A stretch of DNA of 64,000 bases. It comes from Octopus vulgaris (lineage: Eukaryota). The notes beneath the pieces are model-generated. The model had not been told where the DNA came from and did no database searches. It worked only from the letters and a program-made list of their open reading frames with translations. The stretch is taken from positions 70,308,001 through 70,372,000 of the forward strand of contig OX597832.1 of the NCBI GenBank assembly GCA_951406725.2, read 5' to 3'. A program made the translations under genes and the position numbers. Positions 13,622 through 26,999 of the stretch are shown piece after piece (positions within the stretch are counted from its first letter, which is position 1; every line of letters begins with the position of its first letter).

Positions 13622-13685
13622 CCACTACGATCGTTTCATGTCTTCTTTTCATCACATCTTTGAGTAGTAGACATTCTTCAGGTGG
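13622..13685 (-). ncRNA. Type I hammerhead ribozyme
   Basis: Minus strand: CCAC-CUGAAGA-AUGUCU...AGACAU-GAAA-CGAUCG-UA^GUGG; stems I and II pair; palindromic stem III. Confidence 0.85.
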
Positions 13686-14018
13686 TTTCAAATCTAAAAT
13701 ATAATCAATATTTTTAAGATATAAATAATCTATATAATCTAAAATAATAATTTACTTATAATAAACTCTATTATTAAATATGATTATATCGAAATCGACT
13801 ATAATGTTAAATATTAACTTTAATTTATAAAGTAGAAAATCCATATTCTAATATCCATTTTAGTCTATATCTACTTATATAGATATTTGAAATGACTAAT
13901 ATATATAAATTATCAATGAAAAAATATATAAATATTATAATCAAGATCTAAAATAATCTCTATAAACGATAGTATATAATGAAAACCTAATATATTTAAT
14001 TTCTCATATTTAAAGATG

Positions 14019-14899
14019 AAATACAAAAAATATATATACATGCTCACGCTCATATATATATATGTATGTATGTATATAAACATATATAAATACATACACA
14101 AACACACACACACACATATATATCTATACATACACATATACATATAGACACGGATATATTTTATAATGCAGCCCTATACTTCTACACATTACTTATGCAT
14201 ACTCGCACACACACACATACAATCACTCATTCATAAACGTATACTCTCGGCAAGACACTAACACAGAGGAGAAATAACATCCAGTAGCCGCAGATACTCA
14301 ACCACATACTTATAGAAATATTCCATTCTTAGTAATATAGTATTAAATAAATACTATAAGTACTATAAAAAAAATTATGAATGGGAATAATTATCTAATA
14401 TAAATTATGCTATTAAATTAAACATGGCCTAAACCATCTTTAGTCGAAACATTTAAAGATGAAATAGCTAATTTCAAAATACAAAAAATATATATACACA
14501 TGCTCACGCTCATATATAAATGTATGTATATAAACATATATAAATACGTAAACAAACACACACACACATATATATATCTATACATACACATATACATATA
14601 GACACGGATATATTTTATAATGCAGCCCTATACTTCTACACATTACTTATGCATACTCGCACACACACCTATACAATCACTCAGTCACGAACGTATACAC
14701 ACAGCAAGACACTAACACAGAGGAGAAACAACATCCAGTAGCCGCAGATACTCAGCCACATACTTATAGAAATATTCCATTCTTAGTAATAGAGTATTAA
14801 ATAAATACTATAAGTACTATAAACAAAATTATGAATGGGGATAATTATCTAATATAAATTATGCTATTAAATTAGACATAAACCATCTTAAGTCGAAAC
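14019..14899. repeat. Tandem duplication of a ~430-bp unit inside the PLE 3' region
   Basis: 14019-14450 and 14477-14899 nearly identical (tgctcacgctcatata...gtagccgcagatactca...agtcgaaac). Confidence 0.9.
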
Positions 14900-15839
14900 C
14901 TATCTAATTTATCAAAATTTATCTAAATTATTGAATATCTAATAACATAGAAAAATACGATAAATAGATCATTACATAAACAACAATATTAACATAAGGA
15001 GAATATTATTACTCCTTAAGGTTTATACAATATTAAAAATTAACAATTGAAGATCTTAAAAGATACATACATTTTTGGCGAGTTTAAACTATGAACTAAT
15101 TTTGAATCACAAACGTCTTATACAGCGTTTAAGAGAAAACTCATAGGATTACGTTATTAACAAAAAATAGAATAAATTTTTGATAAATTCTTTGCGCGTG
15201 AGGAACCTACGTTATTTAAAGATTATGAATGGAAAATTATATGTTTATCATTGTAAAAAGAATGAATTCACAAATAAAGAATAAAATCTCTCTATACTAT
15301 AATATTTATTAATAAAATAACTATGATAAATGAAACTAATACAAAATAAATTAAATGATTAAAAACCACTTATTATTAAATAAATTCTAAAAATCTTATA
15401 AGATTAATAAATACATAAAATAAATAAATATAGTAATCCCACTACATATTATAAATTATTTCCCATACCCTTATATCATAATCTGCGATTAGTGATCATA
15501 GCAAATCTATCTATACTAATCAAAAATTATAGTATAACCATACATACGTATACATAAATATATAAGAAAATATCCATACATATACATGTACATATACATA
15601 TATACACATATACACATATACATAAACATGTACAAATACATATATACACACATACGCATATACATACATATACATATACATACACATATACACATACATA
15701 CTCACATACATTCATATACATATATACCCACACTTACACCCATACACATATGCACACTCATACATACATATACATACATACAATACTCAATATATACACC
15801 AATATATACACACCCACACCCATACTAATAAATAAATGC

Positions 15840-15883
<44 letters not shown>

Positions 15884-16436
15884 CATCAAATACACATATA
15901 TACAAACACACACATTCACATAAATTATAAATAAATATATATATATAACTGTCTATAATCATACTACAATACATAATAGAGGTAAATATTAAATTAAATC
16001 TAAAAAATTAATCTACTAATCTATACTTCTATATAAAATAAAATAAAATGGATTAAGTAAACTACTAAATAAAACTATTACAAATATAAAGAGATTACAT
16101 ACAAATAGATTAATATAACAAAATTATAATTTAACTAAATTATAATAAAATATAACAAAATTTTAACAAAATTATAAAATAAATAAAGAAAAACATAAAT
16201 AAATAAAATTGTAACTTACCAGACTCAATATTCAATAAACCATTAAATATTTATTATTCAGTAATAAAATATTTATTAATACAATGAAAAACCATCTATA
16301 ATCTAACTATAATTAAAAACAGAACCTAAATAACTAAAATAAATTATTATAATACGTACTACAAATCACTTAATATATTTATAATACTAGAACATAAACC
16401 AAAAATAGGGAGCTATTTAAGGCTAATAAAAAATTA

Positions 16437-17292
16437 TTATTTATCATGAAACTTATTATATAAGTAAAGTAACTTGTGTCTGCATTTTATTTTGCGTTCA
16501 TCACCAGTATTCAGTAAATTATCATGCTTATAGAATAAAATTTCCTTAAACTCATTAGAGCACAAATAACAAAAATTCGCTCCTATAGTATATGATTTAG
16601 TTTTACTAATTATTTCCCAAGATAAATTATAATTAATATTTTGGGATTTAAGTCTCCAAATGTACTTGCTAAGTCCAGTGGAGTTGATTAAGTTTTTATT
16701 TTTAAAAGAATTCAAATGTTGTGCGATTCTTAATTTTATTTTAGAGGAAGTGGACCCTATATATATCGCGTTTGAGTTATTATTATTCTTAAAATTCTTA
16801 TCATGTAATGTAACTATACATTTATACACTACATCATTAATATCACATTTATTATTTAATTTACATTTAGATTTATCTCTACATGTACAGTTAATTAGTG
16901 TCTTGTCTTTATTATAGGTATTATTATATAATTTATTTTTATAAAAATTATTTAGTTTAAATTTGTTAAAAGAAGAAATAATGTTACCTACACTATTAGT
17001 GGTGGAATAACCTACTCCAAAATTATTACTAGAGAAAATGTTTTTATATTTACGATTATCTCGAATAAATAGTTCAATAATATCTAATATCTCTTTAATA
17101 ATATTCGTTTTAACTTGAGCACCATAAGAAACTATTAACCAAATTTTATTCTTATTTACCTTCTTATTATTAAAACTGTCATTATTATTGTTGTAATTAT
17201 ATTTCTTTATCATATTAATATTATTACTATTATCAGATTTATATCTATGTACAACATTTAAAGAATTATTAAAGTTATTAATTTTATTTTTA

Positions 17293-17332
<40 letters not shown>

Positions 17333-17690
17333 CATTATTATTATTATTATTATTTTTATTTTTATTTTTATTCTTATTTTTATTTATATTATTTTTATTT
17401 TTAAAATTTCTAAAATTTTTACCACTATTACTAACAAAATTATTATAATTATTATTAATATTTTTATCTCTAAAATTGTTAGTTATATCTTTATCATTAT
17501 TTTTATTATAAAATTTAATATTACTATTATAACCTGCCTCTCTAAGGGCCTCATTATAATAAGGAGCATGTTTATTAAAAATCTCTATATCATAAGAAAG
17601 TAATGATATACGTTTACTTATATTATTAATCAACGATTTTTTAATTGAAGGTGGGTGATTACTATTAACATTTATATATCTAAGAATATC
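16437..17690 (-). CDS. Penelope-like polyprotein C-terminal part: RT thumb, Asn-rich linker, GIY-YIG endonuclease (5'-truncated)
   Basis: Frame extends upstream of the 398-aa ORF as ILRYINVNSNHPPSIKKSLINNISKRISLLS; CTCR..CKLNNKC..VVYKC..IYIGST..RIAQH..WEII..CYLC..CRH. Confidence 0.88.
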
Positions 17691-17699
17691 TGGAATTTT

Positions 17700-18616
17700 C
17701 CAGCATTATAGGTGTAGGTAGTATTTGTAAACTTCAGGGTACAGGATTGTTGTTGCAAAGTCATCATTTTGACACAGTTCAAAAAATGCCATTAGTGATG
17801 TATTCTTAGGGGTTTCAGCCAGTTCTCTTGCATTTACTTCTGTGAAGTAAACTCTTTTCCATTTTCCAAGGGAATTGACAGGTGCTGAACTGAAGGCCTT
17901 TGGTCATGAATTGGAAAACTAAGAATCCGCCAGTCAGCCTCATTGGAAGAGATGTATAGAACCATTTGAAACTTTTGAAATTCATTTTGATTTTCCAGAC
18001 AAAATACTGCTTGGTCACTTCCTTCGTTAATGTATTTACATCCATATTTAATTGACTTGATACTGTTGAAGTACTCTATATTTACGTGAATAACAAATGC
18101 TTTGCTGAGCAGTGGACAAAAAAGAACAACCCACCGACCGATTGTTAATGACATTTTCTTGTCCTCTTTTATGCAGAGTGAAAGTGTGACCTCCATTTTC
18201 TGGCTTTCTTTTGTATTTTGGATAGCTACCATTATCAGACTAAGTCTCTTTGGCAAACTCCTTTGGAAAGTCTTTGCCACATTTCTTGTCAGTCATGCAA
18301 AGAGATTCGAGATTGAAAGAACCACATAGGCTATGAATCATGTTTTCCTTTTCTTTTTTTTTTTGGTGATTTCAAAAGGGACTGGATTTTCAATGGGATT
18401 TGGAAGCTCAGCTCCGATGACAGCATCAATTTGATTTGGATTGATTTTTTCTTTGACCCAAGCCAATAGATTACAATGAGGTAGTCCTCTTTTCTGTCAC
18501 TCAATTGTGCATATGTGAGCCCTTACTGTTCCCAAAACTTGTCATTTCCTAATTAGATTCAACAGCTTGTCAACTTTCAGCTGAAATACATTCACTTTCG
18601 AGTTTATTATTATAGA
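17700..18616 (-). mobile_element. Degraded Helitron Rep (HUH) fragment with possible 5' TC terminus
   Basis: TIE*QKRGLPHCNLL (HUH region), IDAVIGAELPNP, RWVVLFCPLLSKAF..HVNIEY..SIKY.CKYINEGSDQA, YISSNEADWRILSFPIH..LENG; minus strand TCTATAATAATAAA at 18616. Confidence 0.85.
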
Positions 18617-18688
18617 ATAGAAAGAAGAGAAGACATGGATGTTTAATTGTGTGAAAACTTTATTTCAATTAAAGTGCATTATGTGTGT

Positions 18689-18734
<46 letters not shown>

Positions 18735-18840
18735 AGAACGTTAGAGGGGTGTACAGATATTGAGAAGAGAGGAGGTCACCAGAATTCTGTTTGTTTTTGA
18801 TTTTTTTTTTTTGGAGGGGGGTGAGGTTCCAGGACAATGG

Positions 18841-18875
<35 letters not shown>

Positions 18876-19417
18876 CAAATAGATAGACAAATAGATAGAC
18901 AGACATATAGATAGGTAGAGAGGTGAGGGATTTCTTTTAAATTTCGAATGTTTTTACCATTTATTTATTTAGTTTGTTTTTTTACCGTTGTATAGCTACG
19001 GGCATGCGACATGAGTTCAAGGATGGTAACCTCTTTTAGGATGGGGAAAAATAATGAAAAAATGGATGGGGTGCAGTCGTCACTGAAAGCATTTTTACCT
19101 TAAAGTGCCAACAAGTAAAAATAAGAACTTCTATGTAAAAATTAAATATATATACATGTGTGTGTGCGTGTGCGCGCGTGTGTGTGTGTGTGTGTGTGTG
19201 TGCGTGTGTGTGTGTGTGCATGTGAGTTCATGTGTTTGGAAATATGTCTACATCTACACTGTTTTGTACTAAAAAATACATTCAGTTTTCATTTAATTTC
19301 ATGTTTTTGCATGAACGAACATTGGTGCAATATTTACAAATTAGAAAAATACGTAAAGTTAGAATATCCCAAATGTTATATATATAAACCAGAATATTTT
19401 ATATGTATATATGTATG

Positions 19418-19545
<128 letters not shown>

Positions 19546-20086
19546 CATATATGTACATATATATGTATGTATTAAAGAAAGCAAAACTTTTTTTAAATGA
19601 TAGTGTTCAGTACGCTCGTTCAGTATGTTGGCCACAGGAATTTCTTTCAATGTGGCATGGTTAAACAAAGTTGTGCATCATCTCTCTCTTTCTCCCAGTC
19701 ACTCACTCTTCCTCTCTTTGTTATCATTACTCTTACCCCAGCACGAGGAATAGTACAAGTGTCATTGAATAAATAGAGAGGGGTTCAAAGTGAGGTACAC
19801 TGACGCGCAGAAATTAGTTTTCGGTTTTATTATATTAGACGTGTATATATGTATATATATATATATATACGTGTTTGTCTGTCCGTGCGTATATGAGTGT
19901 GTGTCAAAACATGAATTTGGGTGGAAAACTGGCCCCTGTACTCGCTCTAAATTCATATATAGTTAGACATTTTGAGTTGGTTTTATATTAGTGTGTTTCT
20001 GTGTTTTCTAATATTACTATAAATATATATCTGTAATAATTTCTAGCCATCAACACCTTAGGAAATAGAAAATATCTGTGCCCACT

Positions 20087-20217
20087 TAAAGAATACTGTA
20101 ATAGAATATTGTTCCATTATTCAAGCTGCCGGCATCATTCCTTCGGCTGTTCTCCGTCTCTTGTTTCTGTGGCCCTCTTAAAGATTGTCGCTCAGGCTCA
20201 TTGTGTTTATATTCCTC
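20087..20217 (-). other. Candidate exon after a long polypyrimidine tract
   Basis: Acceptor ..ttcttcactgcattAG then an open frame EYKHNEPERQ...GTIFYYSIL*; no homology recognised. Confidence 0.2.
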
Positions 20218-22486
20218 TAATGCAGTGAAGAACAGAGGAAGAACAAGAGAGAAAGGGAAAAAGAAATAAGAAGGAATGAAAGTGAAAAAGAAAGGAAGAA
20301 AGAAAGAAAATGAATGAAAGATAAGAGTGAATCTAAAGGAGGAAATGAAAGAATTTATCCGTAAATGACCGAAGAATCAGAGAAATTAATGAGTTTAGGC
20401 TATAAAGGTCTTTACGCGAGATTTGAAGAAGCGGAGTAAAAGTTGTGATTTTCGTATGAGTGCGTATGCGTTTGTACATGTGTGTGTATGTGAGAAAGAG
20501 ATGGAGAAAGAGAGTGTCTATGTGAGTGTTATTGTGTGTGCGCGTGTGGGTGGGTGTATTTGCATGTATGCATATGTATGTAGAGGAGAGTGTTGAAATT
20601 TGCCTGAAGCTTCTGTTTACGCAATATGAACAATTTCAGTGAGTTTTAAACTCTAAAATACAGAGTGTCTTAGCTATGAATATCTCTGCTTGTTAGGAAT
20701 CGCTTTCCCCAGTGTACCTTTCCCTAGCGGCAGAAAATAAGCGAAATAATACCATCCTTAGAGTACAAGTGCTGCGTAGATGGTATAGCTTTTTCAGAGA
20801 AATATACTTTACTGGTGTAAATTCAGTTTAGTTGTATAATTAACCCCTTGTATACAGGTTATATTATCGTATTTCTTAGACTGACAATGAACATTTCAGC
20901 GGTCAAATACGGCAACCTTTGTTGGATTTATTATGTTTAAAAGAATTTCGAGCTTTACCCAAAGTGACAGAGAAATGATGCTTGAGGGTTGAATGAGAAC
21001 CTTTCGTCTGCAAACGCAAGCTAGTCGCTCTTCAGAGATGACAGTCGGACAAGAGTTTCAGTTTCTAAAAGTGAAAAATATTTGTATTATTTGAATAATT
21101 TTAACATTTATTATTTATATGTTTATGTAGATATATTTTCTTTTTTTTACAGAAGAAATGTAATCCCAATATTTAAATAAAGTTTTCCAGTTTAAACTAA
21201 ATAAACATGAAAGCACTAGACAAATATGTGATTTCTTTTACAATATGAACTTTTTCAGAAGTAGAGAATATTTTTGGAAGTAGAAAGTAGAGCAATCATT
21301 GTTTCTCTGAAAGTTAATATAACAAAGCTGTAATTTGGTTAACTAGCAAATTGGATTACTTTGAAATGGACGGATATAAGTTCACAATGTCGAATTGAAG
21401 GAACTTCTTTTTATATTTCAAATATTGTTGAAACATTGGATTAGTGCTTGGATATTTTTCTGTGGCTGGATATTAGTATCGCTTATATTATTTTAGGCGT
21501 TGTGAATACTTTCCTATTGATAAATCTCATTTTGGATTTGAAGGGATTAGCGTACATTAGGGATTAGAGACTAAGTCTTCATCATGGTGATTTAGTATAA
21601 CGAAGGCTTCACATTTAGCTGGTATCTCTTTCTGATAACTACTCAGATTGTGTGTTATTTTTATCAAATTTTTTATGCTTACTATTTAGCAGTCTATGTG
21701 AAGAAGTGGTGGATTGGTTGACTCGTTAGAAATTGTAGAATAAATAACTTGCAGTATTTTTTCAAGGTTCGCTTCCTGTCAGATTTAGTTATCATCCTAG
21801 CAGGATCAATAAATAATACTAATCCAATCATATACAGAATTAGATGTAATCGATTAACCAACTTCTCCAAAATGTCACACTTTGTGGGTGGTCCTACTAC
21901 ACACATAATAAATTTATAAACTAGTTTTTCAATTAAATCTGGTTAATTTGTTCATTAATGAATGTTCGTAGTTTATTTCCCATAGATTCTCTGTCTTATA
22001 GGGAAAAAATAAACATTTTAATAGAATTTCCAAGACTCTTCAATGCGGATGTAAATATTGTCCAAAAGAGGTCACCGATGCTTTGGAGTTTGAAGTTTCT
22101 TAATTTATTAAGAAAGCTTGCTGGAACGTAGCTTAAGGCATTAATCATAATGGGTAGTTGCAAGATGTAAAACATAGAGGCAAATAAACTCTATTATTAT
22201 GCCCGCGGATAAAGCGGTTAGCAGACAAAATCAGTAACATGCCTGACAAAATGCCTAGCGACATTCTTTCCGGCTCTTTACGTTGTGTGTGTGTGTGTGT
22301 GTGTGCGTGTGTGTGTGTGTGTGTGCGTGTGTGTGTGTGTGTGTGTAAGTACATAAGCCGGGAGGTTTGCCGCCGCAGAAAGAGTAAAGAGTACCAACGA
22401 ATATTTCCTTTCTATCGCAGAGCAGTGATTCTTTCTGGCCGCTTTATTTATTCACGTTAGTCTTCTCATTGCTCCAAGTAACTTAC

Positions 22487-22577
22487 CTGTTGTATTATTT
22501 TACGTCTTCCTGCGTTACTCTATGGTGTTCCATGTGCTACGCTAATGCCAAAGGTAGTTAACAGCTCGAATAGAGAA
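22487..22577 (-). other. Candidate 91-nt non-coding exon
   Basis: Acceptor tctctttctcccccttAG and donor CAG|GTAAGT; stops in all three frames. Confidence 0.35.
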
Positions 22578-22920
22578 CTAAGGGGGAGAAAGAGACTTTA
22601 AGAGAGAGAGAAGGAGAAGGTCTGTATTATTCGGCATTTTCGTGTTCAAATCGCAGGCACAGTCGAAATGGTTAAATACAGTGAAACAATGTGACGAACA
22701 TTTTGTAAACGCATGCGTTAGAAAATATTTCGATAATTAAATTAAAGTGAAATAACCATAACAAATAGCTGAGGGTGTTACGCTTTTATCCTTTTCATAT
22801 TGCAGACCAGAGGCTGTGGCAATGCACGGGCAACAACATTATTCGTTTATTTTTTCTATTTACTTTAAATATCGATATTATGAGAGTAGAGAGATAGATA
22901 AGGGAATGTACATATGACAT

Positions 22921-23020
<100 letters not shown>

Positions 23021-24058
23021 GTTAGAAACTTTGTGGTGGTTGGAGAGCGAAAAGTTTTATTTTATGTATACAAATAAGTTTTATTATTCTAATTCATCTT
23101 TTATTTCCTTAAACTATATGGCACATCATATCTGTCAAGCATATTAAAAGAAGGAATATAAAAAATACCTTCTAAGTTCATTTCGATTGTATTTGAAAGT
23201 ACAGTTTTGATTAACTGGCAGGATTTCAAAAGAATTCTGAAACCGGTGAAATCAATGTAAATACATATTTCTTCTTACTACTACACATGTGGAGGAAAAT
23301 TTGACTTTTCTGTGTGTATTGGTAAGCAAAGATATACTACAAACACACATAGTGCCTGTGTACGCGTATTTACTAACATGGTGAATTACACCCTTTCATG
23401 TAAATCAGTAAATAGCCAATCGCTACCGAAAAATCGATAAAAGAAATACTAGATTTAAATTATTTGCGGTAGCTATATAAGAGTCTTAAATCCCATTGTA
23501 GGCGGCATCTATTCTCGAGACATGGCACTAACTAAAACCAATAACAGAATGACTGATAAGAGTTTAAGACGAATCGTGGCAGATACAAGAGCATGTCCAA
23601 CTGAGATAAAAGCTAATAGGGTCGTCTAGTCAGTTGATATTAGCCAATACCATTAATACTAAAAATATCCCACTTTATTAGTGCCATAATTATACAAACC
23701 CCCGAGACAATATATGATCCATGCTGTGAAGTTATAAGGGCAAGTAACTTTCGGCTAAGAAGAAAACCTGCTGCGACGTTGTTACATTAACATTCGGAAG
23801 ATGGAGGTGAAAATATTCTGTGGAAGATGCATTTACTTTTAGTGGGAATAACATTGCAAATAAACAACAAACATTAATATGAGAGAAAATAATAGTAATG
23901 TCTTACGGAGCAAGTGTAATGAAGTAGGTGGGGAGTAGAAGGACATTATAAGACGTCGAAGGTAAAAATATATAAGCAAATTAAATAAACGAATGAGCGA
24001 AATGCCTCTTTTAGTCTATAACATACATACATGCCTATATATACATATATACATATAC

Positions 24059-24109
<51 letters not shown>

Positions 24110-24183
24110 ATAACACACACACACACGCACGCACGCACACACATACATACATACATACATACATACATTCATACATACATACT

Positions 24184-24222
<39 letters not shown>

Positions 24223-24842
24223 CAACTTGTTGATTCCGACTCATTCATTCATACATATATTCATTAATGTACACAAACTTGGAGCTCTATTGAAAGTGAA
24301 AAATAAATATCACAGAATGGTATATCATTGATAAGAATTGTCAAAGAAATCTTCAGCATAATACAAGATATATAGAGAAACTTAGAATGACGTAGAAGGG
24401 TGGAGGCTGGGGTCGGCGCATGAGGTAATGTTTAAATATTAAAAAAAAACATGTATGAAGAAAAACAAAAAATATATATAATAATAAATAATATAAAAAT
24501 AAAGCCTGCAGTAGGTTTTAATGTATTGCAGTTTAATGAAAGAGAGATAAAAATAAAATATTAGAATATCTAAGAGAAACACAAAAAAATCACTGAGAAT
24601 TTAACCAATAAAAAATATAGAAGGCAACTGAATATAATACAGTGATAGAAAATAATTTCGCACACAGCCATTTTACAGAATAACCACGCCGTCATCGTTA
24701 CCACCACCACCAGCTCAGCCGCCATAACCAACAATTTCATTTATTCAATTCAGAGATCAAAATAATAAATGCAATGACAGAAATTAAAAACTGGGAAAAG
24801 AAATAGAGCAACGGAGCAACATATTTTTTAACGATAATAAGG

Positions 24843-24860
24843 ATAATGATAATAATAATG

Positions 24861-24943
<83 letters not shown>
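24843..24943. repeat. (AAT)n microsatellite
   Basis: Direct inspection. Confidence 0.95.
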
Positions 24944-24945
<2 letters not shown>

Positions 24946-25043
24946 GAACACTAATACAACTAAAAATAACAGCAAAAATAATAATAACAATAATCATGGT
25001 TGAAATTATGATACTGGTAATAACAACAGAAATTGTGATGGTC

Positions 25044-25075
<32 letters not shown>

Positions 25076-25299
25076 AATTTGTGATACGAAAAGAAATTGA
25101 CAAAAGGTGGAAGGTTGAGTTAAAACAACGTGAAAAAGGTTATTCATCATTGTAATAGTAATAAGAATAAAAAGCGTTATATGCATAAATTCATGTACAC
25201 ACACACACACTCTCACACACACACATACACATATATGTATTATGCATGTTTATATATATATATATATATATACACGTTTATATATACACACGTTTATAT

Positions 25300-25343
<44 letters not shown>

Positions 25344-25376
25344 ACGTTTATGTATTTCTGTTGCATGTACATATCA

Positions 25377-25408
<32 letters not shown>

Positions 25409-25745
25409 GTATATGTGTATGTGTGCGCGCACGCCAGAGTGTGTGTGTGGAAGCAGGAACGCGGTGAAATCTAGGGACATAAATGATGTAATATATTGTG
25501 ACATGTGCTTAAGGAGATAAATAAAACGCTGAACATAAAGATATATGAGAAAATTGAAAGGTAATTATGAAGTGAAATATGTTCAGGGAGAATTAGAATA
25601 GGAGACGGAGAAAGAACGCCGAGTACAAAATGGAGCGATTTTGCAAGTTGAATAATCTGACTGAAAGATGATAATGTAGATAATAATAATAATAATAATG
25701 ATAATAACAATAATAATAATAAGAAGAAGAAGAAGAAGAAGAAGA

Positions 25746-25795
<50 letters not shown>

Positions 25796-25840
25796 GAATG
25801 TATATATATGTATATATACATGAATGTATATATATGTATA

Positions 25841-25901
<61 letters not shown>

Positions 25902-26307
25902 CGTAATAACATGCATACTTAGCGATGTTTTATTGACAAAGAGAGCGTAAGAAATGTTCTTGCATATAACGAAATAATATGTAGAAAGAATTAGCTTATA
26001 ATATAAGGTGGAGACGAAATATGCATGACCATACCAACGAATAAGTCTTCTGTAACGGAAAATAAGTTACGAGAACTGCAACTCTCATCAAGCGATGTAC
26101 AATGACACAAAGATGCCAGTTACTCGAGATCCGATATAAAGATACTGAGAGCGAATTCTCCAAGAAACGGATAACCTCTTTTTCAACCACATGAAACTAT
26201 ATTTCGTGTAAAATCTCTGTCAAAGTGTTCGACGAGGGATTAAATTCTGAGGGAGAATACATTCTGCAAATAATGCAGTTAAGGACTTATAACAAATATG
26301 CAAATGA

Positions 26308-26601
<294 letters not shown>

Positions 26602-26999
26602 TGTTTCTTTATTAGCCACACAGGGCTGCACACAGACAGGACAAATTACAAGGTAGAGCTTTTCTTTTGGGGGTAAAAAAAAGGGGGGTTGGTTTTCGAT
26701 CAAAAGGGATCGTAAAAGAAAAGAAAGAGGACAAAAAAAGGGGGGTATAAATTTTTTTTTTAAAGGAGGGGGAAGGGAAAGGAAAAAAATTGATCAATAG
26801 GGATCGTTATCACAGAAATGTCAATATGAAGTGTAAAGGGGAGGACAGGTGAGGTTTACCTGTGGAAAGAAAAGCCTACGGAAAAGACCACGGTAACCTC
26901 GGTCAATGACGTCACATGTTATATATTGTTTTTTTTGCAAATAAGCAACACTCTGTATTAATTTTTACGGTTCATAGAATCATAGTCAAGGTGGCTTCG

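Larger units (their letters stand above)
13430..17690 (-). mobile_element. 5'-truncated Penelope-like element with long AT-rich 3' region
   Basis: RT-thumb plus GIY-YIG ORF, hammerhead near the 3' end, terminus similar to 40820-41300, abuts (TA)n. Confidence 0.8.

Noticed and set aside
16214-16222. CTG|GTAAGT donor in the PLE 3' region (PLEs can keep introns)
   Set aside because: Single motif with no convincing acceptor
21000-21045. Minus-strand CTGAAGA...GAAA hammerhead-like words
   Set aside because: Stems I, II and III do not pair
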